Of a stretch of 64,000 nt of DNA, positions 22,002-30,563 are shown in pieces. Made by a program: the position numbers and the translations under genes. Every line of letters begins with the position of its first letter. Within the stretch, counting starts at the first letter, position 1. Below the pieces are notes generated by a model. That model was not told the DNA's origin. It searched no databases and was given only the letters and a program-made list of their open reading frames with translations. The stretch is taken from contig OZ219874.1 in the NCBI GenBank assembly GCA_964291495.2, forward strand, positions 32,001 through 96,000, read 5' to 3'. The DNA comes from Dehalococcoidia bacterium. GTDB lineage: Bacteria > Chloroflexota > Dehalococcoidia > UBA2979.

Positions 22002-22265
22002 TCAAGGGGTTCGTCGTTCCTCGGTCAGCGAGGCACGCCAGAGCACGAGCGCATCCACGACGCGCGCGCTGGGTTCGTCGGCGGATCGATTGCCGGCGGC
22101 GCCATGGCGTCCTTCCCACCAGTCCTCCCCAACGTCGAGTTCGATGCGCTCGACGGAGACCCGCTCGGGCTCGACGTCGTCGAAGCCGTCCTCGTAGCCG
22201 TTCACGACGACGCGCAGATCGGACGGGTGGTCGGCCAGAAGTGCGATCAGTTGTTGTACGGTCAT
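22002..22265 (-). CDS. Small phage-like hypothetical protein
   Basis: [10 protein letters not shown]; MTVQQLIALLADHPSDLRVVVNGYEDGFDD. Confidence 0.65.
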   Translation of the reverse strand: MTVQQLIALLADHPSDLRVVVNGYEDGFDDVEPERVSVERIELDVGEDWWEGRHGAAGNRSADEPSARVVDALVLWRASLTEERRTP

Positions 22266-22364
22266 GGCGTTGCCGCCTCCTTGTTCGCGAAGTGCTCCCC
22301 GCGCCACCATTCCTGCGTATCGCCCTCGCGATCCCGAGCCAGGACATCGCGTGTGGCCGCCGGG

Positions 22365-22811
22365 CTACATGTGATAGTCGACCAGGACGGGCACGTATCC
22401 CCGCTCGGTGTACGACTGCAGCGTGGCGTGGAAGGCTGCATTCCACTCCGGGACATCCTCGTCGAAGCCGACTGCGCGCTCATAGAACGAGTCCCTATCG
22501 GACCAGCCCTCGTCGGGAAGCAGCAGGGCGAACGACGGGGACCCGCCGGGTTTCGCGCCGTCGTAGCGAGACCGACCCTGGCCGACGAACTGGTACCAGT
22601 CCCAGGTCGGATAGGGATTGATCGTCGACCACACCTTGAGCGTCCCGTTGCAGCACGTAGCGTCGTGCTCGTCTTCCCAGCAGTCCTCTTGGTAGGCCGG
22701 AGCCTCGAACAGGTCGCCGTAGGGCTCCATCAGCTCGTCGACACGCGCGTGCCGCTCGGCCTCGGTGCTCGCGTGCTCGGGTTCGACGAGGAAGGTCAAC
22801 AGCAAGTGCAT
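22365..22811 (-). CDS. Phage-like hypothetical protein
   Basis: MHLLLTFLV...STINPYPTWDWYQ...VLVDYHM; NPxxxWDWY and terminal VDYH are a pattern I associate with phage hypotheticals. Confidence 0.6.
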   Translation of the reverse strand: MHLLLTFLVEPEHASTEAERHARVDELMEPYGDLFEAPAYQEDCWEDEHDATCCNGTLKVWSTINPYPTWDWYQFVGQGRSRYDGAKPGGSPSFALLLPDEGWSDRDSFYERAVGFDEDVPEWNAAFHATLQSYTERGYVPVLVDYHM

Positions 22812-23221
22812 GCGTCCCCCGTGCCGTTGCGGGGAGCACCGATGCGACACGGTGCATCGTGCTCGTCGCCTCTACGCCACACCATTCTAGCGAGCGACCG
22901 GGCCCCGGCCCGCGGGGCTCCCCGCGCATAGCGGCCGGTCTTGCGTGAAGGGGTCTCTGAGCGAGATGTGAATAGACAGGCAGTGCGGGTAGGGCTCAAC
23001 CCGCACCATCAGAGCGATCGTTGGCCCGTGGGTGCGACCAGGACAGGGGGCGACGAGGATGGGAACGAGACAGCCTGAAGCGCAGAAGCAAGGGACGCGG
23101 GAGCTGCCGAGCTTGGCGGTCACACTCGATGTCCGCGCGTACGCGGGTCCGCCGACGAAGGCGTGGAACGACCTGTGGTCGAGGATCATCAAGGAGCTGT
23201 CCGCTGAGTTCGACCGTCAAG

Positions 23222-23292
23222 ATCGAGGGGGTGTCCCCGCAGATCGTGCCGAGCGAGCTCTTTGAGCGCGCCCGGGCGCGCCTCGATAGCCC
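23222..23292 (+). pseudogene. Large serine recombinase remnant
   Basis: IEGVSPQIVPSELFERARARL resembles the end of the recombinase domain (xPxIVxxELFE). Confidence 0.4.
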
Positions 23293-23585
23293 CCTCGAAG
23301 CGACCGAACTCCGTCCGGATCTCCCGGGCTGAACCGGTAGAAGGCAGGTGGAAGAGCGTCGAGCTGTGCCGCCCGATGAGCGCGCCGAGAGGGTGAGCGA
23401 CTTGCCGCAGGCGTGCGCAAGCACGCCGGCGGCGATACCTGAGCGGGGTCGCGGCCTTTGTGACCTAGGCTTCTGCGGCCGGAACGCTCGACACTTGATC
23501 GGGAAGTTGGCCCCACTTTGGCCCCAAGGTGGCGCCGCTCAAGCCAACCGAACGGACAAGGGCGGCGAAAAACCCTTGTGGTTGT

Positions 23586-23636
23586 TGGTGCCCCCAAGCG
23601 GGTTCGAACCGCTGTTTCCACCTCGAAAGGGTGGGG
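23586..23636 (-). tRNA. tRNA-Glu(TTC) 3' fragment (att-like); 5' half absent
   Basis: Minus strand CCACC-CTTTCGA-GGTGG AAAC AGCGG-TTCGAAC-CCGCT TGGGGGC ACCA; no matching GCCCCC 5' strand or D arm upstream. Confidence 0.8.
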
Positions 23637-23640
23637 TTCC

Positions 23641-23930
23641 ACTCTGCGCATTGCGCGAGCACCTCGAGGAACGGAGATTCGACTCGCAGCAGGCGGCGGC
23701 AGTCGCCGATGTGGTGCAAGCGACGATGGCCGATGTTGGATGGGCGATCGACAGGTTCCCGCGGGAGATAGTCGACAGCTACCAGTGGCGGCCGACGTCG
23801 ACAATCGACAGCTACCCGTGGACGATCACGGAGGAAGTCCGCAGCCTCCGGCATGGCCGTCACGGCCATGGCCCTGGCGACGGTCACGATGGTTGTTGCG
23901 CTGATCGTCTTCGCGTTGGTGCTGGTCGCT
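23641..23930 (+). pseudogene. DUF1640/CCDC90-like remnant
   Basis: TLRIA/EHLEERRFDSQQAAAVADVVQ plus a hydrophobic tail (MALATVTMVVALIVFALVLVA) in shifted frames. Confidence 0.4.
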
Positions 23931-24348
23931 ATCGGAAAAAACTCGCAGCCGGACATCGGATCCCCCGATCCACCGCTGAGCCAGGAGGCGCCCGTCACCC
24001 CAGGTCGCTAAGGCCGGTCGCTGCGGCTCGAGTTACACCGGAGCCCGGGTCGTGCCGAAGAGGCCTCGCCGCAGTTCGTAGGTCCGGTGAAGGCTCCGCG
24101 CTCGTTTCGCCGCGGCCTGTCGCACGCCGGCGACCACTCGCCGCCGGCGACCGCCACGCCGACGCCCGCGCCGACCCCGGCCGCCACTCCGGCGCCAACC
24201 AGCACGCCGACCGCCACCGCCACGCCCGACGGCCAGCGCGCCAGTCGCGGGCTCAGAAGCCGGGCTGGCACGTGGTGGAGATGCGCCACAGCCGACCCGG
24301 TGGCGAGTTGGCAGCGCGCCGCATCGGGCGTAAGCCAGGCAAGCCTTC

Positions 24349-25014
24349 TCAGGTCAACACCGCACGGTACTCGGCGAGTAGCGCCTCGACGTAGCGCCGC
24401 GCCGCGCCGCCGGCGAGATCGCGATCGCCGGGAGGGAGGGGCAGGCCGTCTTGCTGCTCCGCCAGCGCGTCGCCGGACGAGCGATCGGCGAAGAACACGT
24501 AGGCGATGCCGTCCGGCTCGAGTCGGGACCTCCAGCTCAACCCCGCTGCCTCCGTGTCCCAACTGCGGATCGCCGCGGCCCAGCGGCGCGTCATGGCGTA
24601 CTCCGCTGCGGGGGCGACAGTGAGCCACCCATCCTGCCCGAGCGCAGCCAGGTCACGGCCGGAGCGCAGACTTACAAGATTCAGGTCGCGGGTTGTGCGC
24701 AGCCACCCGATGCGCAGGCCGTCAAGCTGTCGGCGGGGCAGCAGGCGACCTCCGCGCTCGTCGATCGGCAACTCGCGGAGCAGCGCTTCGGCCACGGCGG
24801 TGGAGTCGTCGCCGGCTGCATAGAGGAAGGCGTACGGATCCTCGAGTGTGGAGTCAAAACGCCCGCCCTCGAGAGCACTCCGCGCCACGGTTGGGTTGAA
24901 GGCGGCGACGTCGAACGCTGCATCGTGCAGGCGCGTGAGCACCGTGCCGGCCCGCAGCACCAGCCGCCGTGGTGTGCCATCGAAACGGGGCGGCGGCAGG
25001 AGGTGTGGTGGCAA
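24349..25014 (-). CDS. RES-domain toxin (NAD+ phosphorylase family)
   Basis: GGRFD...FLYAA...AVAE...GLSWRSR (R-E-S). Confidence 0.85.
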   Translation of the reverse strand: MPPHLLPPPRFDGTPRRLVLRAGTVLTRLHDAAFDVAAFNPTVARSALEGGRFDSTLEDPYAFLYAAGDDSTAVAEALLRELPIDERGGRLLPRRQLDGLRIGWLRTTRDLNLVSLRSGRDLAALGQDGWLTVAPAAEYAMTRRWAAAIRSWDTEAAGLSWRSRLEPDGIAYVFFADRSSGDALAEQQDGLPLPPGDRDLAGGAARRYVEALLAEYRAVLT

Positions 25015-25027
25015 CCGCGCGTTCCCG

Positions 25028-25747
25028 CTAGCCGAGAGGCCGGGTCAGAGCGCTGGCTACAGCGGCCAGCTCGCTGGCGCGCTCTGTGCCGACCAGGTCG
25101 CGCGGCCGCGCCCCAAGGCGATCGTTGCGCGAGATCCACCAGGAGGCGACGCCCCACGGATCGCCGGCAGCATCGAGTTGCTCGTTGACCGTCCGTACCT
25201 CGGGCGCCACATCGCGGTGTGCAGCGTCGAACTGGAAAGTCGGAAAAAGATAGCCGCGACCCGCCAGCAGGCCGAGCAGCCACGAGCGTTCGCGGTAGCG
25301 TCGCACCCGCTCGCGGTTCTCCCGCCTGGCCCCGAGCGCCAGTGCAGCGTCTCCGGCCTCGATCATCGGCTCGTCCCAGATCGCGCGCAGCGCCTCGCCC
25401 TCGACCTGTGTCTGGAGCAGCAGCGCACGCTCGTGCTCGTCAAGCACGCGACGGGGCTCGCCACCGAGCCGCCGCGCGAACTCGTGCTGATTCGCTAGCA
25501 GCGCGAGCAAGCTGTGAATCCGCGCCTCGGCCCCGGACAGCGCCCCGTGCCGCGCCGCCAATCGCGCCGCCGCGTCGAGCAACTCCTCTTGCTCTGCCTG
25601 CCAAGTATCTGCGAGCCGCGTCAGGATGCGCGGGACGTCGCGCCCCCGGCGCTGCGCCAACGCCACGCAGGCGATCTCCAGCTGCTCGTCGTCGAGCTCG
25701 CGGGCGAATTCACTGATGCGTTGTTCCAAGTCGGGTTGGGACGTCAT
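25028..25747 (-). CDS. Putative antitoxin of the RES toxin
   Basis: Directly upstream of RES; C-terminal YLFPTFQFD...PWGVASWWISRNDRLGARP. Confidence 0.7.
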   Translation of the reverse strand: MTSQPDLEQRISEFARELDDEQLEIACVALAQRRGRDVPRILTRLADTWQAEQEELLDAAARLAARHGALSGAEARIHSLLALLANQHEFARRLGGEPRRVLDEHERALLLQTQVEGEALRAIWDEPMIEAGDAALALGARRENRERVRRYRERSWLLGLLAGRGYLFPTFQFDAAHRDVAPEVRTVNEQLDAAGDPWGVASWWISRNDRLGARPRDLVGTERASELAAVASALTRPLG

Positions 25748-25829
25748 GAGAGGTGCTCCGGGCTATGTTGCTGACGATCCAGTGCGATTATACCACTGTC
25801 AGAAACGTATCACCGGCGACGGCTCGCAG

Positions 25830-25906
25830 CGCTTTGACCATCTCCAAACTGCGGAGACAGGCTCGACTCACTGAGCCCCCGGCGGATGCGTGTCAACCGC
25901 CGGGGC
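25830..25906. repeat. ~75-bp multi-hairpin repeat, copy 1
   Basis: Near-identical to 30280..30353. Confidence 0.8.
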
Positions 25907-25944
25907 TTCAGAGTTGCCGGGAGCACGATGGGCTGACGCTCCCG

Positions 25945-26151
25945 CTAGTACGTCCGCCTGAAGTGTACCCAGGTCGCGATCAGAAGGCCCACGCCAAGGA
26001 CGGCAATGACGCACACTTGGACGAGCCATGCCGAGACAAGACTGGGGTCACCGATCGACCCGCCCGCCAGCACCCAAGACACCCAGATCATGAGAGTACC
26101 GCCCAATAGGCCGATACAGGTGCAGATGAATGGCAGGCGAATCACGTCCAT
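25945..26151 (-). CDS. Small 2-TM membrane protein
   Basis: GGAGGG RBS, MDVIRLPFICTCIGLLGG..., two hydrophobic helices. Confidence 0.5.
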   Translation of the reverse strand: MDVIRLPFICTCIGLLGGTLMIWVSWVLAGGSIGDPSLVSAWLVQVCVIAVLGVGLLIATWVHFRRTY

Positions 26152-26403
26152 CAGTCCCTCCGGGATCCACCACCAAATGGTCCCACATCCCGCTCGGTCG
26201 CCTCGAGCGGTTCGGCGGCGCCGGGCGACGTATTGACACGACCGACCGCGCGCCGCACGCTGACTACGGCTCACCACAGCCGCGTCGTACCAGGCAGAGG
26301 CCTCTTCGGATTGAGGCTGTCCGCGCCCCCTTGGAGGCTCTAAGCCGGGTACCTGGCGGCTTGTGGTGAGTAGCCGATATCCGCGCCACAAGGGGGCACC
26401 TCG

Positions 26404-28596
26404 ATGGGCCTGCTGCCGCCACTCGCCAGGCCGAGGAACACGCTAGAGGCGGTCGCGCTCGTCGCGGGGGTCTGCTCCATAGCGCTACTCGCGCTGGTCG
26501 GCACCTCGTGCGAGGGCGAGGAGTCCCAGGACACCGCAGCACGTCCAGAGCCCACCGCGACGCCACAGGCCACCGCAACAGCACTCACGACCGCCACGCC
26601 ACGTGCCACCACTGTGCCGCAGGCGACCGCCATGGTACCGGCGACCGCCACGCCTGAGGCCACCGCCACGCCGCGAGCGACCGCCACGCCGCAGGCCACC
26701 GCTACCCCGCAGGCCACCGCTACCCGGGCGCCAACCAGCACGCCGACCACCACGGCCACACCGATGGCCAGCACGCCAGTGGCGGGCTCCGCAGCGCCGG
26801 ACCGGGCCGTGCTGGCCGCGCTCTACAACGCCACGGGCGGCGCCAACTGGCTGAACAGCACGAATTGGCTGACCGACAGGCCGATCGGCGAGTGGCATGG
26901 CGTCACCACGGACGGGGCCGGCCGCGTCACGGCGCTGAACCTTGAGGCGAACCAGTTGAGCGGGCCGCTTCCGGCCGATTTGGGTGACTTGGCCAACCTG
27001 CAGGCCCTGTCCCTACAAGACAATCAGTTGAGCGGGTCGATTCCGGCAGAACTCGGTGAACTGACCAACCTGAGGGTCCTGTCCCTGGAGAACAATCGGT
27101 TGAGCGGTTCGATCCCGGCCGCATTGGGTGACCTGGCCAACTTGACGGCCTTGTTCCTACAGAACAATCGGCTGGGCGGGCCCATCCCGGCCGAGCTGGG
27201 CGAACTGGCGAACGTGAGGATCATGCTCCTCACCGGTAACGATTCGATCGAATGCGTCCCTCGTGGCTTGCGCGACGTCGGTTTGTCGGACTTGCGGTTC
27301 TGCGTGCCGGCCGATTACGCGCCGACCGGCACGCAGATCTCGAACAGGGACGCGCTCGTCGCGCTCTATGAAGCGACCCAAGGGGCACTCTGGCTGAACA
27401 GCACCAATTGGCTGACCGAGAGGCCGATCGGCGAGTGGCACGGCGTAACCACGGACGGCGCGGGCCGGGTCATCGTGCTGCGCCTCTCGCAGAACGGGCT
27501 GATTGGGCAGCTCCCTGCGGAGCTCGGCAGTCTCGCCCACCTCGAGGGCCTGCTGCTTGCGTCAAACTTCCTGAACGGGCCGATTCCCGCCGAGCTGGGT
27601 GGTCTCGCGAACCTCGGAGGCTTGGATCTCTCGAACAACGAGCTGAGCGGACCGATCCCGGTCTCGCTCGGAGAACTCACCCTCTTGACCTCCCTGTCCC
27701 TCGGCGCGAACCAGCTGAGCGGGCCGATCCCGGCCGAGTTAGGGAGCCTTCCCAACCTCACGGAGCTGCGGTTGAGCCAGAACGAGTTGCACGGGCCGAT
27801 TCCCCCAGAGTTGGGCGGCCTCAGCGAACTCAGGTGGCTGGGGCTCTCGGGAAACGAGCTGAGCGGAGCGATCCCGGCCGAGTTGGGTGGCCTCGCGAGG
27901 CTGCAGTGGCTGAAGATCTCCGGGAACAGGCTAAGCGGGCTGATCCCGCCAGCGTTGGCCCGCCTCACCGGCTTGCGGGAGTTGGTCCTCGACGGCAACG
28001 AGTTGAGCGGGCCTGTCCCGGCCTGGATTGGACAGTTCACCGCCCTCGGAAACTTGTCGCTCGGAGCGAATCAGTTGAGCGGGCCGATCCCGGCGGAGTT
28101 GGGCAACCTCAGCAACCTGAAGCGGCTGTCCCTTGGGGCGAATCAACTGAGCGGGCCGATTCCGCCGGAGTTGGGCAACCTCAGCAACCTGGCGGCGCTC
28201 TCCCTCGAGGAGAATCGGCTAAGCGGGCCGATTCCCCCAGCGTTGAGCCGCCTCACCAGCTTGTCGGAGTTGATCCTCGACGGCAACGAGTTGAGCGGGC
28301 CAGTTCGGGCTTGGATTGGAGAGCTCATCGCCCTCGAGTACCTGTTCCTCGGAGCGAACCGGCTCAGCGGGCCGATTCCGCCGGAGTTGGGGAACCTCAG
28401 CAACCTGCGGACGCTCTCCCTCGAGGCGAATCAACTGAGCGGGCCGATCCCCCCAGAGTTGAGTGACCTGGTCAACCTGCAGCTGAGTACCCTCTTCCTG
28501 GCCGGCAATGAGTTCACTGGGTGCATACCCGGAGGCTTGCGAGAGCTTCCGCAGAGTGATCTGGGTGCGCTCGGTCTAGCGTTCTGCGAGCTCTAG
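26404..28596 (+). CDS. LRR lipoprotein with two capped LRR modules
   Basis: Signal ending GTSC, ATATPQ repeats, cap ...LY.AT.GA.WLNSTNWLT.RPIGEWHGVTTDGAGRV present twice, many 24-aa LRRs. Confidence 0.9.
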   Translation: MGLLPPLARPRNTLEAVALVAGVCSIALLALVGTSCEGEESQDTAARPEPTATPQATATALTTATPRATTVPQATAMVPATATPEATATPRATATPQATATPQATATRAPTSTPTTTATPMASTPVAGSAAPDRAVLAALYNATGGANWLNSTNWLTDRPIGEWHGVTTDGAGRVTALNLEANQLSGPLPADLGDLANLQALSLQDNQLSGSIPAELGELTNLRVLSLENNRLSGSIPAALGDLANLTALFLQNNRLGGPIPAELGELANVRIMLLTGNDSIECVPRGLRDVGLSDLRFCVPADYAPTGTQISNRDALVALYEATQGALWLNSTNWLTERPIGEWHGVTTDGAGRVIVLRLSQNGLIGQLPAELGSLAHLEGLLLASNFLNGPIPAELGGLANLGGLDLSNNELSGPIPVSLGELTLLTSLSLGANQLSGPIPAELGSLPNLTELRLSQNELHGPIPPELGGLSELRWLGLSGNELSGAIPAELGGLARLQWLKISGNRLSGLIPPALARLTGLRELVLDGNELSGPVPAWIGQFTALGNLSLGANQLSGPIPAELGNLSNLKRLSLGANQLSGPIPPELGNLSNLAALSLEENRLSGPIPPALSRLTSLSELILDGNELSGPVRAWIGELIALEYLFLGANRLSGPIPPELGNLSNLRTLSLEANQLSGPIPPELSDLVNLQLSTLFLAGNEFTGCIPGGLRELPQSDLGALGLAFCEL

Positions 28597-28732
28597 CCGG
28601 GCGCTTGACTCGGGGGCCGTTCCAGCACCTCGACGTGCGCGCCCAGCGGAACCGGGCTGGCACGTAGTGGAGATGCGTCAGCCGCCCGGTGGCGAGTTGG
28701 CCGTACGCCGCTGACGTAGGGAGACAACCACG

Positions 28733-29125
28733 ATGACGGGAACCTCGCCTCCGCACCCGGACTACGGAGCCGACGTGCGCGCGTTCCGCTCCGAGTTTCC
28801 GGACGTAGTCACTGAGCTGCGCCGACTGCTCGGCGCCAGGATCTGCGCGGTCTTGGGGTCGGTACAGGACACACGCGTCGTCGAGGAGTGGGCGGCGGGC
28901 TCACGCAAACCGCCGGCGACAGTAGAGCGGCGGCTGCGCGTCGCCCTGCAGGCCGCCGCACCGATCGCCGAGGCGGACTCGCCCGGCGTGGCCCAGGCCT
29001 GGTTCCGGGGTATGAACCCGCTACTTGACGACCACTCGCCGCTGCTGCTGCTGAGCGATGGAGACCTCGACGAAGCGCAGCCCGCGGTGATCGGCGCGGC
29101 CCGGGAGTTCGTCGCCGCCGGCTAG
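28733..29125 (+). CDS. Xre/MbcA/ParS-like antitoxin, orphan
   Basis: VEEWAAGSRKP...AQAWFRGMNPLLDDHSPL; no RES toxin follows. Confidence 0.65.
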   Translation: MTGTSPPHPDYGADVRAFRSEFPDVVTELRRLLGARICAVLGSVQDTRVVEEWAAGSRKPPATVERRLRVALQAAAPIAEADSPGVAQAWFRGMNPLLDDHSPLLLLSDGDLDEAQPAVIGAAREFVAAG

Positions 29126-29158
29126 GCTGCACTCGTCCGTGACCGGCAGATTCCTCGT

Positions 29159-29287
29159 GGCGGCGAGTCGTGGTATCGGCACGGCAAACTGCACCGCGAG
29201 GACGGCCCAGCGCTGATCTTCGCGAACGGCGGCGAGTCGTGGTACCGCCACGGCGAGTACCACCGCGAGGACGGGCCGGCGTTGACC
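29159..29287 (+). pseudogene. Fragment with two WY.HG..HREDGPA (MORN-variant-like) repeats
   Basis: Hand translation GGESWYRHGKLHREDGPALIFANGGESWYRHGEYHREDGPALT; no clear start. Confidence 0.65.
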
Positions 29288-29478
29288 CACCGTCTCCTCC
29301 ACCAGCACGTACCGTACCCAGAACTCGGCCGACGGCCTCTCGCTCGTTGCTGTGTGCGCGTGATCAGGCCCGCATGGGATGCGCTTCGGCGGCCAGGACG
29401 GCGACGCGACCCTGCGCGGTCCGGGTGCTCCCGCCGTAGAATGATTGGACGAGGGGGCGCGCCCGCGAAGGAGGACGG

Positions 29479-29769
29479 ATGACGAACACAGAGGCTCCCA
29501 CCCGCGAGCGCAGGCCCAGGGAGGAAACCACTCGCCTCGGCCGGGAGATTTACGAACAGGAGATCAAGGCACAGGTGGAGCCGGGCCACCACGGCGAGTA
29601 CGTCGCCGTCGACGTCGAGAGCGGGGGATGGGCGATGGCCGCCGATGCTCTATCCGCGGCGAATCGCCTGCGGGAGCAGCACCCCGAGGCGCTCGACGTC
29701 TTCCTCCTTCGGGTCGGGCATCGAGCGTTGCATCACTTCGGGGGCCGACCCTGGCGGATGGCCGAGTGA
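29479..29769 (+). CDS. DUF5678-like small protein
   Basis: GREIYEQEIK...GEYVAVDVESG; coupled to an aspartic protease. Confidence 0.7.
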   Translation: MTNTEAPTRERRPREETTRLGREIYEQEIKAQVEPGHHGEYVAVDVESGGWAMAADALSAANRLREQHPEALDVFLLRVGHRALHHFGGRPWRMAE

Positions 29770-30149
29770 TCGAGGGCGTGGTTAACGCTGCGTACGAGGC
29801 CATCATCCCCCTTTCCCTGCAAGGTCCGTTGGCAGAGGCGAGTGAAGTCGAGGCGGTGGTAGACACCGGATTCACCGGATTCCTGACCTTGCCGCCTTCG
29901 CTCGTGGCGGAGTTGGGACTGATTCTCCAGGGCACCAGCGAGGGGACGCTGGCCGACGGCAGCGAAGTCTCCTTCGATGCGTACGAAGCCACGGTGCTCT
30001 GGGACGGCGAGCCGAGGGTCGTACTCATCGACGAGGCAGACACGACTCCCCTCGTGGGCATGCTGCTGCTCAACACGTACAACCTGAACATTGGAGTTGA
30101 GAACGGCGGCCGCGTCCTCATATGGCGCCTCCCAGTGCCTACAGCCTGA
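29766..30149 (+). CDS. Clan AA aspartic protease (AF_0612-like)
   Basis: GTGA overlap; AVVDTGFTGFL.LP, LADGS, PLVGM.LL. Confidence 0.85.
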   Translation: MIEGVVNAAYEAIIPLSLQGPLAEASEVEAVVDTGFTGFLTLPPSLVAELGLILQGTSEGTLADGSEVSFDAYEATVLWDGEPRVVLIDEADTTPLVGMLLLNTYNLNIGVENGGRVLIWRLPVPTA

Positions 30150-30279
30150 CCACACACCTGAAAGTGCGAGGCATGGGGGCGTTCACGGCGTCGAGCGCGG
30201 CCCGGGAGTTCGTCGCCGCCAGCTAGGCTGCACTCGTCCGTACCCACAGATTCCTCGTGACGGTCCGGTGGCGATACGT

Positions 30280-30353
30280 CGCTTTGACCATCTCCGAGTT
30301 GCGGAGATAGGCTCGACTCACTGAGCCCCCGGCGGATGCGTGTCAACCGCCGG
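30280..30353. repeat. ~75-bp multi-hairpin repeat, copy 2
   Basis: Near-identical to 25830..25903. Confidence 0.8.
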
Positions 30354-30563
30354 AACTCACCCGGGAGGGGTCGCTGAGCGACCCCTCCTTGATCTCTCGC
30401 ACAGTCCCGGCGCGCCCGACACCGATTGCAACCTGCTTGCAGGTAGCCTCTGGCTATCGACGACCGCGGCGGACTGCAGCCGCCCCGGACCACCCCGCGC
30501 GCTGCCCGGCACCGGCCTGCAGAGCCAACATCCAGGTGCCTGGGAAGGAACCTTGCTAGAGCC

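Noticed and set aside
23586-23660. Complete tRNA-Glu gene
   Set aside because: The D arm and 5' acceptor strand are missing.
26550-26770. 18-bp tandem repeats as a CRISPR array or VNTR element
   Set aside because: In-frame ATATPQ linker codons with no spacers; no CRISPR array or cas genes seen in the window.
24000-30500. Integron cassette array
   Set aside because: No integrase, mixed gene orientations, and the repeats do not show RYYYAAC/GTTRRRY attC ends.
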